A DNA stretch of 64,000 nucleotides from Camelus ferus (lineage: Eukaryota). The stretch spans positions 71,860,001-71,924,000 of the forward strand of contig NC_045697.1 of NCBI RefSeq assembly GCF_009834535.1, in the 5' to 3' direction. Both the position numbers and the translations under genes were made by a program. Below the pieces are notes generated by a model. It was not told the DNA's origin and ran no database searches. It saw only the letters and a program-made list of their open reading frames with translations. Positions 1 to 13,139 of this stretch are shown in pieces; positions within the stretch are counted from its first letter, which is position 1; each line of letters starts with the position of its first letter.

Positions 1-1617
1 GGCATCAGCCTTAAATTATTCATTGATTAGATCTTTTGTTAGTTCTCTTCTTGACATAAAAATTTTAGATTGTGTTGAGTATGATTATTTCCTCTTTAAA
101 TATGTTCAGATCTTCATTATTAATAGCTTTATAATCTGACTTTAACCCTACTTTGAAGGTCCAGATTGCAGAAAAACAAACTTTAGAAAACCTGGCACCA
201 AACGAGACATTCATCAGATTTGTGGCTAGAATATAAAACTTTTTTAGTTTTAAAATATAGTGGGTACACAAAGGTAAAAAAAAAAAGTTTTTTTTTAAAA
301 GTTAATGAATTGAATACTAATGGGTGGCCCCAGTTAGTTTGAGTCACAATAGCATTTGCTCAGATCTATTTTCCTTCCGAGGCTGAAGCTGAGCAGAGTC
401 CAGCGTTCCAGACACTAGCTCTTAAAAGGAGAGTACCGTCCGTCAAATGCAGTGGTCCACTGAGGAAAAACCAGTGCAGCCTTCTGAACCATTTCATTTA
501 CCTTGGAACTAAATATAAGGTTTTCTTAAGACCAACATTGCCATTAGATTTTAACATATTTTTAAAAATAGTTTCATTCCACTAATATCCATCAACATGG
601 GGCACAAATAACACAATCATAGTTGGTAATTTTTAAATAGGCACTTAATCAATTGCCTGTTCTACAAACATCCTGCATAGAAAACAACCATGAAAATTGG
701 GAGGGTTGGATGTCCTTTCCAGAATAATGGTGGGTAACTTATGTCTCACCTCTTGTTTCAACATAGGCTGCTGCTTGTTTCAATTTCCACTCAAATGTAT
801 TCATCCTCTTTCTTTTTATTAGTTTATGCATAAGGAACACAGTAAAGACACATAAGACATTTTTATGCTGAAGACATAGGTTTATCATAATAATCTATTT
901 AACATTTTTAAGAAAGAGCTGATCCTTTGGCTACTAATTTTGAGAGGAAAAGACTGTAACAGGGCATCCTCCCATGGAAGGACAATGGAAGGGAGGGAGT
1001 GGCATCTGACTCCCTTAGGGACTTGCTTTTTTTCCATCACAGAGGAAGGTACCATGTTTATGAAAATCATGGGAAAACTTTAAATAAGACTTGAGAATCT
1101 TCTGGGTCTAGGTGAACAAACGCTACATAGAATAGTGGAGAAGACACCTTCATTCTCACGTGGTTTTGGCTGAGAACGAGGTGGGTCACCAGTGGTGGCA
1201 GTGTCTTCTTGCTGAAGAGTCTTTAGAGGAGGTGAGAACTATCCGAAAGCATTCTAAAGTGACCCCTTTTGCACCCACAGGTTAAAATGACCTATATCAT
1301 TCAGACAGCACTTGAATTTGGTAAGTTTTGTCACATAGTAATTACCTGTACACAAAAACATTTATTTCTATACAAAATAAAACATTCTCCAGGAGTCATC
1401 AATCATTCATTTGTGGTTGAGGTCATTTATTATAATGCCTATATTTCATATTTTAAAACCAGATTTTATCTTCCATTCATTTAGGGGAAGAACAAAATGT
1501 CTCAATTATTTTTCGAAGACTTAACTCAAATTCAAAATCCCCTGTGCGAAAGTGGAATGTCCATCAGCTTTTAAAGTGCTAGTGACTATGGCTTGTAGGT
1601 TGCCTTTTTGTTTTTTT

Positions 1618-1712
1618 ACCAGACACTGTGCAAGCTGCTTTATATATATTATGTCTTATCTTCACAGCTATCTTAGATATTTGGCATTACTGCTTTATAC
1701 ATGTATGAACAG
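1618..1712 (-). mobile_element. MIR SINE fragment
   Basis: ccagacactgtgcaagctgctttatatatattatgtcttatcttcacagc resembles the reverse complement of the MIR 3' half. Confidence 0.6.
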
Positions 1713-1884
1713 ATTCCTAAAATTAAATATTTATTACTGATATTCCTTTTAGTACTAGTAGCCAATGGGTAATTTAGAAGACAGAGCCTAATCTTTCTTA
1801 TGTATGAGCCTGAGGATCTTTCTAATCCTTGAGAAATTGATCATTTTCATTTGGTGCCACAGACCTTTCCTTCCAGCAGCAAAC

Positions 1885-2375
1885 ATCTGTCATATCTGGC
1901 TACCCAGGATCTGAACCTCCCTACCCTCTTCCTATTGGTGCTGCCATCATTCCTTTTGAGGTGATTCCCCATTGACTGTAGCTTTCACAAGAAAAGAATT
2001 CCAAGTTACTCATTCCCACTGCAGCCTCCCACTTCATAAGCTGAGAGTGGTAGATTCCTCTTCAATTCGCCCTTGGCCCTGTTTCCTAAATTCTGTCCAT
2101 CTTCATTTCTGGGATGCTGATTCAACAGTTGAGGTCAGATAAATCATCATGCAGGGATAGAAAAGAGAGGTCAGGCTGTTCTTGTGGCATGACCTTGACT
2201 GCAGTTCAGCCTGTTCATCCCTCAGGGCACCCCTATTTCTTGTGCCTTCTCCTAGTTCAGCCCTCCAGTGTCCCATTTATTATGTCACTTCCCAATACCT
2301 TCACAATAAATTCCCATTTGCTCAGATGGCCAGGGTTGTTTCTGTGCTTGTAACCAACACCCTAGATTGGAGAAA
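1885..2375 (+). mobile_element. Old ERVL/MaLR-type solo LTR (LTR33/MLT1-like)
   Basis: 3' end aataaattcccatttgctcagatggccagggttgtttctgtgcttgtaaccaacacccta matches the typical ERVL/MaLR LTR terminus; 5' boundary uncertain. Confidence 0.55.
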
Positions 2376-2389
2376 TCAAAACACATAGA

Positions 2390-2845
2390 TTTGGGGGTTC
2401 AATGTATCCCCCCAAAAAATATGAAGTCCTTAACCCCAGGACCGCTGAATGTGACCTTATTTGGAAAGAGTCTTTGCAGATGTAATCAAAATAGGATGAG
2501 GTCACAGTGGGGTAGGGTGGGCCCTTAATCCGCTATGATCGATGTCCTTATAGGAAGAGGAGACAGAGGCACACAGGGAGAGAACACCATGTGAAGACAC
2601 AGACTCTTGAGGGAAGAAAACGAGGTGCTGCAGCTGCAAACCAAGGACCGCCAAGGATTGCTGACAAACAGCCAAAGATAGGAGGCACCCAGGAAGGGTT
2701 CTCCCCCAGAGGTTTCAGAGGGAACACAGCCCTGATAACTTCTTGCTTTCAAGCTTCTGACCTTCAGAATTGTGAGATCACACTTTTCTGTTGTTTTAAG
2801 CCCCCGGTTTATGGTACTCTGTTACAGCAGCCCTAGGAATATATG
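2390..2845 (+). mobile_element. MaLR solo LTR (MLT1B/MLT1C-like)
   Basis: gaatgtgaccttatttggaaag..tctttgcagatgtaatcaa..gggtgggcccttaatcc..ttctgttgttttaagcc..tgttacagcagccctaggaa, collinear over the full LTR length. Confidence 0.9.
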
Positions 2846-5800
2846 CTTTAATTTATTCCTAATAACAATTAGGAACCATTTATTATGTAAGAAACTCATT
2901 ATGTATCTGTAACACAGAAACCCTTTCCTAGATTACTGGTTGTATGATGCTTTTCACCTGCCCAACCAGAACTTTTGCATATAGTAAGCATATTGGTAAG
3001 AACCCAGTTAGTACACAGAAGCATGCAAATGGGCAGGAGGCACAGGGCAGAGAGGGATCACCCTAAAAAGCTAAGTATTTTCTATTTTATCCTCTTCTCC
3101 CAAACACTTTACTCATCTTGTTATCAGCTCATGAGTAAATGTCCCTCCTATTATCAACCAGGCCATTTTCTGAATACTCTATATTTACCAAAATAAGTTA
3201 TACTGAGTCCTTGACTAGTAAGAATTAAGTACTATGTAATAACGCAAGAGTTTTGGGAGATCTGGATTTTCACCATAACAAGACCATCACCAACCATGAA
3301 ACATCTGAACAGGGAAAGCAGGTGCGACATGTCTTCAGTTCTATTCATGCTCAGTGTCCTAGGAACAATCAATTAGGACAGATAAAATGGAAGAACATTA
3401 AGACAGAAAAGACATAGGGATACTCACTAAAATGGGTACGTCCAGAGGGACTTACATACTATGTGCAAATGTCTTATCAGCACAGCAATCAGTGCAGTTA
3501 AAGTGGGCAATGATAAGATTTTTAAACTTCCTCTAAGTTTTATTATATTTTATTTGACACAGTCCAATTTGCATGCCGGATACCGGGCAGACAAAAATGT
3601 GTTACAGATATTATGCTGGCTGTTTTATTTTCTACAGGGATTTTCATTATATATTAGCTTCTCAGTCATTTCAGAATTCCTCGAATTTCTTTCTGATACT
3701 GTCATTTGATTTAGCAACTGGATAGAAGCAGCTGAAAGCATTTCTCGGTCTTAAATTAGAGTTGGCCATGACAAATGTTCCTGCAAAAATATAGGATGAA
3801 TCCCACACATTTATCACGGCATCTGGGCCATGTTTGTTTCTGTAGGACAGAGGAGAGGGTAGGAAGGATTCTTATGTTGGTAAACTGGAAGCCTAAGAAT
3901 TACACTTGCCATCTGGGATTGCTTTGACAAGAATATTGGCCTGTTCTTCTCACTTAATTATCAAAATGAAGTATCATCATGCAAAGACAATGATCTTTGT
4001 GAACGAGACTTCAGGAAAACCAGTAAAAATAAATACTTTGATTTCAAAGAAGTTGGATTTATTTACTGTGACATTCAACAAGCCTCTCGAGTTTTTAGGC
4101 AGAAAAAAAATTCAGGCACACATTTAGCCCATACAAACAAGAAGTTACATAAACCCAACATAATTAAAGCAATTTATATAGGGCATAAACTTCATGAATT
4201 TTACAGTCAACTTATAAGTAAAGAAGGCAGCTAACAGAAATAACTTCTCCCAGCAAAAACACTTCTGTGGTTTGCAGAGTTCCAAAATACCAGTCTTTAA
4301 ATATGTACTATTCCACCAAGTGCCAAAAGGAGAGCAGCAAACTAAATAGAGCGAAGTGTGGCCTCAGTTTAGAGATTTGGTAAAGGAGGAAAACGAAGAC
4401 CCAGTTTTAGATGTGCTGTCGTAAAGAGTCAACTGAATTTCTCCAGTATTATCATTTCATTAACTCCATTAGGGAATACAATTTCAAATAAAAAAAAAAA
4501 AATCTTAGGTTCACCTAAAACTATTGAACAATTAACTCAGTAGTAATACTTCTGGCATTAAATCTACTGAGTTCCAGAAATACTCAAACTTTTCCACTGC
4601 AGAATCTTCCTAGTTCTATAATAGACATGGTGTATTTTTAAGGCCAGATGGGCACCTAGGAAGATGGTAAGTGGCTGCCTGAGGTTATAATCAGAACGGG
4701 GACTCAGAAGTGCTGCCCTTTATGGAACAGCAAATAGCACTAACTCAGATTTCTTCCTATTGGCCACGTGTCTGAGTAAACCTGAGCACGTAGACCCACA
4801 CTCGAGCCTCTGATTGAGCTGATGTCCACCAGCAATATTTCAGGAATGTACTGTCAGGCCCCAAACTTGCCTTGACAGAATTTTTACAAGAGTAAACATT
4901 TGCCCAAGGCACCAGCCTGACACAGTTCCTTTACAAGGAGTTCCACTCATGCAGCGAAAAGAACAGGTAGGTATGAGTGTCACCTACGGGGCTTAGCAGG
5001 AGCCTAATTTAGGAATGATATGGATGCAAACTAGTAGTAGCAGCAATTAATTTTCTGATTCTACATTCCAAAACAGAATAACCAACTGCTTTTTGGAGTC
5101 ACAAAAATAGTTTTTTCATTAACTGTACTCTTTTCAATAGCAATTGTAAGGACACAAATCATCTTAAGGTTCACAGGAATTTATTTTAATCCAAGATATT
5201 TCATCTTTGGAAAGCATCCTTACCTCTCCAGAAGGGAGTGTCCAAGTTATTTGGAGGAAACCCTGGGTCTACTCAAATAAGTATATCCAGATTTAATTCT
5301 GGGAAGAAGGATGGAAGGCCTGCCTGGCTTTAGTGGACTAAATTCTGAAGCAACTGCATTGGGGCAGGACAATTATTCAAGGCAACCAACTCAAAGTCAG
5401 CTTTTTAATCTCTTGTCTTCAAACCATGCAAAATATGCATTTTTTTCAACTAGAAAAGTGTCATTTCAATGCCAAAAGCTGCCTTCCTGATGCCTCTTCA
5501 CAGTTCTTCCCTCTTCACAGTGAAATGTTCCATCCTGATGAGTCCTAATAGGAAGAAAGCAGCAGCTCCCAGGAGCTACTGCAAGGCAACTGAGATCAGC
5601 CTTGCTCTTCCGGTTACTGATTCACCACTTTTTGGAGCAGATGAAATGCCGTAGCTGCCTGCAGGCTGAGCCTCCCTCTCAGACGTGCTGGCCCAGTGGT
5701 GTGCTTGGGTTTAGAGCTGAGTCTCAGGTCGTAGATGCTTCCTCCTGATGGGACTGTAGAACAATTAGAGTGTTGCTACCACCAACTTGGGAAGGAGAAC

Positions 5801-6297
5801 CAGGCTTGTGGGCAGAAAAGCCACTGATCCCCCTCCTACCCAGAGTCAGCATTCCTTCCCTTGCCACACCACTGTGTCTTCCCCAACAAGCTCCAGTTTT
5901 CAACGGGAGATTGGGGGTGCCCTTTCTAACAACTCTCCTTAATCTTAGAGAGGAGGATGGACTTACTTGGTAAATGGTGTGTGACTCTGTGCTAGCAAAA
6001 AATATATCAGAAATAGCAAATATTTTGCATGGTCTCAGCTGTGGAACAGAGTGCAGTCACGACTCTCAGGCAGATTTTCTCTAAGTCGTACATCTCATGG
6101 AAACAGACAGCCCAAATGAGCAGAGCGATTTGGGTACAGATGCCAATTACAGATTAATAAATGAATGAGGCTTAATGAAATATTTGCTAAAATTCTCAGG
6201 CCTCAATACAAGAACGGAAAGTCTAAAACTAGCAAAAATGCATGAGAAAAGACATAAAATTGCTAGACTTGAAAATAGGAGTCAAACATAATGATAG

Positions 6298-6780
6298 TGT
6301 GGTAGCCACAAGGGTGGCACCACTCAGGTTGCCCTTCAAGAGATTCTGCTGCAAAGAGTGTGGATGCTGACAGCTCCAGATCCCCAGGCTTGAGGATCGA
6401 TCCACTGGGGTGCCGCTCACACAGAGGACTCGCCCCACCTGGGGTGCTCCCTGCAGACGCAGAGCCTGGCGGGTGGGGGACCGGCAGACCCGCCATTTCT
6501 GCCCAGTGCGGGTCTCCTTTAACAAACAGCTTTGGCTTTGGGCTCATCGTCCTCACTGAGGCTTTCTGGGGGTGGCACTGCAGCCTTCGGCTCTTCCAAC
6601 CTAGTGATTCTTCCTTCTCCCCTTCTTTGCACAGGTGTTGGGCATGCAGTGCATCTAAAACCTCTCCTTGCTCACCTCTCCCCCTCCCATTTATTTTTCT
6701 CAGGCAGAGCTCCCTGATAAATCTCTTGCGCTTCTGATTCCATCCTGCTGTCCACTGACTGGAGGACCTGAAATGGTAGC
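6298..6780 (+). mobile_element. ERVL solo LTR (LTR16 family)
   Basis: Starts tgtggtagcc; ends gataaatctcttgcgcttctgattccatcctgctgtccactgactggaggacctgaa, like the LTR16 3' end. Confidence 0.75.
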
Positions 6781-9700
6781 AATAAATATATAAATCAGTG
6801 TAGTTCTGGCTTATCTTGCTGGGAGACAAAGCAATAGCTGAGAAATTTTAATGAATTGTAACCATGGAGGAAAAAATCACCACTTCTCCTCTATGGAAGC
6901 ATACACCTTCCAAAGTCTCATTTTTTAAATAAATGGTGGCTTGCCCTTAACCATTTCAAACAGAACCTTCCTTTTTCTTGGCTTTCCTACTGTATCCATT
7001 ACTCCATCTCTCTCTCCAGTTCAAAGTAAAATATATTCTATAGCTATAGATGCAGGAGTTATATGGACAGGGAGCAAACCAACTTTTTCTAATAGACTTA
7101 GACATTATCTAAGAAGAGATATTACTTAATTAAGAATAGCTATTCACACTAGATACTTACAATTCTAAACTGCCATGCTTTGTGTTCTTCAGTACCTGGA
7201 GGGAGAGGTAAGCGCATATTTGGAAGTTAATTTAACCTAAATAACCTTGGCTGCAGAGGAAGGTAATGCCCCAAAGCTAGTAATTCATTTGATCACAACT
7301 GTCAAATAAAGTCTGCATTAGAACTCATTCAGGATTGTAAATTTGCTCTTGGAAAGGCCGTTTGGAGGCAGTTCCATACTTCTTTAGCAGTTCTTTTTCA
7401 AGCTTCCATTCAGTCCAGGTTGACCTACGTCAGCAACCTCCCCCGTCCTGCATGGTTCATGGCTTGAATTATCCATTGGCATCACTTCCAGATAAACTCT
7501 TATTTTCTTTGTAAACAGAGAGCATGGAACCCGTAGGCTAATCAGCCTCCCCATGATGCTGTAGTCATGGAGGATGAATTTTTATTAGAGGGTAGAGTGG
7601 GAGGAGAGAGAAAAAGTGTCTGCTCCATCCCCTGAGTGCCATCTGCATTCCAGGGCACAGACAGTGCCCACCCGGAGAGCTCTCCTGCCCACAGGTTAGC
7701 CCACACACTGCACCACTGACAGCTGTGTGAGGGAGAAAAACATGGAACTCACTTTAAGGCTGCACATACCGGTCATCAGAAGATACAGAATAAGCCCTAA
7801 GGAACAGAAATATGAGGCTCATTTTAAGTTTTCAAATCGGCTAACTCCTCCAGCAAAAATGAGAGAGTTTTTCTTTAAAGCCAGCAGACTGTCTAATTCC
7901 CAATCTGTTCAGAGACTCACCTCCCTTTACAAACTATCAAAAATAGCTATGCAACCAACCTCTGAAACTCAGCCTAAGAAATAGAAATTGCTGCTTTAGA
8001 ACTTCTTTGCAAATCAACATCTTAAATTAGATATAAGGAAGCAAGTCAACTTCTCTATCCTTTAAGAAAGGAGCAAAAACAAGATGCTGTCTGGAGTTGA
8101 TATGATAAATCCCACTTTTCCTGACTCTAAAGGAGGAAGGGTGTCACTGACAGATAGTAAATGAAAAGCCTGAAGGAAACTGAATGAAGAAGAAATGGGG
8201 GGGGGGGCTAAAAAAAAGAAAGAAAAGAGAAGGGAAAGGGGAATTAGTGTAAGATCCATGCTCGTTTTCTGCTCCCAAATACATAAAAACACATTTAGAG
8301 CACGTTGAATAACCACGTTACTTATAAAATGATCTCACCATTCTAAAAATCTGTAACAGATTTATCTGTGACTTTAAATTTTAGAATACCTACTTTTGTT
8401 TTGATCATTATATTATTTAGTTTTTATTTTTTAGACAATTGCTGAGATGTATCTAGAAATATATTCTCTTCATCTTGGGAAAAAAAGAAAAGGTCCAGAA
8501 ATAAAGTCAGTGTCCAAGTCCTTATTCGGAGTCAACAGCAGATCTGCAACTGGAGATCAGAACTATCAGAACTACCTCTTGCTGGACTCAGACACAGTCA
8601 CAGGATGACTGAAGAGAGAGACGAACATTAGCGACAGTCATGAGCTACTTTGTTAATAGAGCAGTTTCACACTTTGTGTTGTCTCAGTCCCTCATGCAAA
8701 TTGACTTCCAGTGGCTGCTCCTCCTACTCATTACCTCCATCTGGGTATCACAGGAGAGACAGTTGGTCCCCAGCTAAGATCCCTGCAACCTAAGATAGTG
8801 CAGAGATGAATATTATGCAAAGCTAAAAGCACTGTTGAAATCATCACTGCCATTGTTCAATTGTTTTTTCCTAACTATTGACTTATCAAAACCTAAAACT
8901 ATCCTCTTCACTAAACTTGAGTTTATGTTAGATGACAATAAAATGAATTGCTTTCTGAAAAAATAATGCATGATAAGGTGGTGAACAAGCATTTTCCACT
9001 GGGGAGAATTAGAGGGATAGTTCAGTCTCTCGTATGGTGTCTTCCCTGCCGCTTCAAAAATCCTAACTGTTCTTATCACCTATGGCCTGGCCAATTCTCC
9101 TTCTTTGTAAGTTTATGATTACATCCTTGATAAGATCTAAATTGCTAGCACCACAAGGGTCACTATCAAGCATTTAGCAAATAACTTTGAGTACCAGTGA
9201 TGCCAAATAGACCATCAAAAGGCTTGGAAGAACCCACGTATGTTAGGTAGATGGCAGACTTCAGACCCTTTCTCACTAGTACATTAGCCCAGTAGCAAAA
9301 CATTGATTTATCAAAATAATTATAATATCTAAATATCTGAACAATTATAAATTAATGATTATCTGAATTATTTGAAAATTATTATTACTACAGTTAGCAA
9401 CTGTAATTTATCATCATAAATTTCTAGATTCTAAAAGAAAGAAATTCCAGCAGAGACACATCAGAGAGATGGGGTTGAGAATGATACAGAAGCCATAAAC
9501 TTTGAGAAACAAGCCACCAGAAAAGGGGCTTCAAACATATGGAAGAAACCTGAACGTAGGGAGGGTCTTCAAGACAAGCCACGTGCATGTCACATTTCTG
9601 CCTAAGTCTTGTTCTATTGCTCATCTTCCATGCTCATCACTGTTTTAAGGTCAAGTGCTTCAAGTGTGTTTTGAGATCTGCCGGTATAGAACCACTTTGT

Positions 9701-10154
9701 ATTCTCCACCTTTTGTTTTAAGGAGCCTCTAGATTGAAAAGTAAAAAGTCTTTATCCTTGATTTTAAATGGAGTTGAATTGCATGTGAGAATAGAGTGTA
9801 CTGTTTCCTCCTCCTCTTATGTTTTCATAATTGGTGACCTGAAAACAAAATTGAAATTGTGACACATTCATAGGACAAGTTGATATATTGAGTTCAGAAT
9901 TCTTGCTGTAACACAAAGTGACAGATAACAAAAATAATATTGGCAGATTTGTGGAAAAGATACCTAACAGAAGTAAACGTTAAATTATTCTACTCATCTC
10001 ATCAATTAATTCAGTTAAAATTCACTACTAGTCTATTTTCTACATTTGTGAATAAAATGTATAACTCAAGTAATGTATTATACTACCTAACACAAATGTA
10101 ATGCATTTCCTGAGGAAAAAGTAAAATATGTTTATAATTTTATTTTGCCTATCT

Positions 10155-10700
10155 AGTCATTTATTTAACATGTATTTATTGAGAAGCTACTGTGTGCCAA
10201 GCACTGTTCCAAGATTGGGTATACAGGTAATGGACAAATCTCTTGCCCTTATAGACACTTACATTTTCCTAGGAGGAGATAGACAATAAAAATAAACAAA
10301 TCTATAATAACTTTATGCCAAGTGGAGATAAGGACTATGAAGGAACACAAACCAGAGGAAGGAACTAGAAATGACAGAGCTGCCATTTCATATATGGTGG
10401 TCAGGGGAGGAAAGATGATTGAAAACTGAATAGGATGAAGGACCAAGCCCTCCAATGATGAAAGGAGGAGGTTTCCAGACCCAGGAAATACCAAGTCCAA
10501 AAGTCTAAACTTCAGAGTATGCTTAATTTAATGTTTGATGAAAATCAAGTGTGCTTAAAGTAGGGGGAGTGAAGGGGAGATTGTAGAAATATTGTCAGAA
10601 AAACATCCAAAGGACAAATCACCTAGACCCTTAAAAGTCACGATACAAGGAATAGGATAAGAATTAAGGCTTTTAGAAGAAGGCCACACAAAGCAAATTT
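10155..10700 (-). mobile_element. L2 LINE 3' portion
   Basis: catttatttaacatgtatttattgagaagctactgtgtgccaagcactgtt is the reverse-complemented L2 3' terminus, followed by purine-rich L2 body. Confidence 0.8.
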
Positions 10701-11319
10701 CCATGAGGACTTTAGCTGCTACTGTGATCAATGGTCCTTGCACTCCTAGAGCTAACATTTGGCTCTTAATAACATTGTGTAATGAGCTACAGTAGGAAGG
10801 AAGGGGAGAAGAATGAAGTTAGGAGAGGAAATGTGTTTGGGTAGATGGTAGAAAACACTTTCCTCAGTGCTGTGAAGGTAACCCACCTCATTATTAGGAA
10901 AGCTGTTCCAATGACAAATTTTCTCTACATGCTAGAATCTGGTCTTACTGAGTTCAGGTCCTGGGGGCGCTTTTTCTACTAAGCCAGCAGCCTGATCCTC
11001 TCCCCCAATAGAGTTTTACAATCTAGTCAGCACAACTTGAAGTCATCAGCTGTGTCCTGTTCTATATTAATTTCTACACATTACAGACAACAGTGTCATA
11101 ATGGTGCCAGGAATTACACCATTGGTTAAAGCAGAAAATGTATTGAAATCTCCTTCTTACATGATGAATTAAGATGACGACTGAGAATCTAGTTTTAAAT
11201 GAGGAAGAAGAAAATGTGTTTCCCTCACCTCCAATACTTCTCAGGCTCTGGTCATTTCTTCTGCAGGTGACCACTGCTCCTTAGTCCAGTTTGGATCACC
11301 CAATCATTTTCCTCATTAA

Positions 11320-11912
11320 TTTCATAGCAGTGCTATTTACAACAGCTAAGATATGGAAACAAACTAAATGTCCATCAACAGATGAATGGATAAAGAAGAT
11401 GTGGTATATATATATACAATGGAATAATACTCAGCCATAAAAACAATGAAATAATGCCATTTGCAGAAAATAAATGGACCTAGAGATTATCATACTAAGT
11501 GAAGTAAGTCAGACAGAGAAAAACAAATATCATACTGATCTCACATATATGTAGAATCTAAAAAAAGGATGCAAGTGAACTTATTCATAAAACAGAAACA
11601 GACTCACAAAGCAAACAAACTGATGGCTACCAAAGGGGAAAGGGTGGGGAGGGATAAATTTGGAGCTTGGGATTAACAGATACACACTACTATATATAAA
11701 ATAGAAAACAACAAGATCCTACTGTGTAACACAGGGAAATATATTCAATAGCTTGTAATAATCTATAATGAAAGAGGATACAAAAAAGAATGAATATACA
11801 TATATACATATATATATATGTATATATATATATATCTATCTAAATCACTATGCTGTACACCAGAAACTAACACAACATTGTAAATCAACTATACTTCAAT
11901 TAAAAATAAAAA
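11320..11912 (+). mobile_element. 5'-truncated L1 (ORF2 C-terminus + 3'UTR), cetartiodactyl type
   Basis: ttcatagcagtgctatttacaacagctaagatatggaaacaaactaaatgtccatcaacagatgaatggataaagaagatgtgg ... ctgtacaccagaaactaacacaacattgtaaatcaactatacttcaattaaaaataaaaa. Confidence 0.95.
11795..11835. repeat. (TA)n-rich microsatellite inside the L1 3'UTR
   Basis: tatacatatatacatatatatatatgtatatatatatata. Confidence 0.9.
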
Positions 11913-12399
11913 CCAAAATCAGTTGTGGAGAGCTTCAGTAACAACATCAAATGCGTATGAACAATAGCAACAGGCTTCACCAGTGACTGAGGAATCTCCT
12001 TTGCAAATTACTTAAAATATAGGCTTTTGCTTATGGAAAATAAGTATTGATCCATGCATGATTCACTCTGTACATTGAAGTTGAAAGAGAAGCCTGAGAC
12101 CAATAATTTGCCCGTCTGATTCAGAAAACCAGCACATGAACTGAAATCAACTTTCATCAGCCAACAATAGGTGCTTGCCAGTTATTAAGTATAAATGGCT
12201 AATCATTTTAATAATACACTTTGTTTGGATAATGCTCTTTCTAAACTAAGTTCAAAATGGACAAACACTTGCAAGAGCTAGTGAAGGCCCTCCATTGAGG
12301 GCATGCTAAGTAGGGAGGTATTAATATCAGACGGAGCAGGCCCTAGACACATTCTTAAAGCAGCAATGTCAGGATTCCACACATCTTAAGAGGTGCCAC

Positions 12400-12640
12400 A
12401 CATTTCCATTTTTCCTCTGAATGTTGCTCTTCCACAGATAGTGGATGCTTAAGTTAGCCATGTTTACACTGTGTGACCCTGCCCCGTCCCTGGCCACAAT
12501 TTACTGGACAAAATTATCACCTAACCCAACAGAGACGACTCATTGACTCGACAGAGACCGATTAGAATGTCTTCAGACCTTTGAACTGAGATACAGGATT
12601 GGGAGGTTGACCTAGCACTAAAATGAAAGTCCAAGAGCCT
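12400..12640 (+). mobile_element. Degraded MaLR LTR fragment (MLT1H/J-like)
   Basis: ccctggccacaatttactggac..cacctaacccaa..gaccgattagaatgtc..ctttgaactgag resembles the MLT1 core. Confidence 0.4.
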
Positions 12641-12831
12641 CTTAGAGTGACTTTAAATTCTTTCTTATACTTTAACATTACCTTGTATTTTACAAGCTTC
12701 TATAGGATTCTTGCTTTAATTTCATTTGTGTTTAAGTTATTCTGAAAAGAATTGTTGGGTTGGAAGCAACTAAGCTTTGATAGATAACATCACTGTGGAA
12801 AAGCTACAGAATCTTTGCCTCTGGTAGGATC

Positions 12832-12955
12832 ACTCACTTATCCAACAGTGCAAATCTAGCACCTACTGTGCACCAAGCATTATTCCTTGTACTGAAGATA
12901 CAGAGGAAAACTAGACAGAATAATTAATGTCTTTCATGGGCTTATGTTCTAGAAT
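12832..12955 (-). mobile_element. L2 3' end fragment
   Basis: actcacttatccaacag..agcacctactgtgcaccaagcattattcc..ctgaagatacagagg..catgggcttatgttctag. Confidence 0.7.
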
Positions 12956-13139
12956 GTTTGCACAGCAAGCAGCTCTTTTCCTGACATTTGGTCCAGATGA
13001 CTACACAAAAGCCTGATTCTTTTTTTTTTCTCCTAGTGTCTATCTCTAAATATCCATGATTCAAGGATGACAAAATATCATCAAGCACATGTGTTTGTCC
13101 TACTTAATATTCTCCATTATAGCTGGTTGGGTACTAATT

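Noticed and set aside
6263..6829. Longest ORF in the track (188 aa, minus strand) and overlapping ORFs
   Set aside because: They lie over a GC-rich LTR16-like solo LTR, have no recognisable domain, and reflect low stop-codon density
10955..10972. ggtcctgggggcgct as a CTCF site
   Set aside because: Matches only the 3' half; several mismatches in the CCAC.AG core
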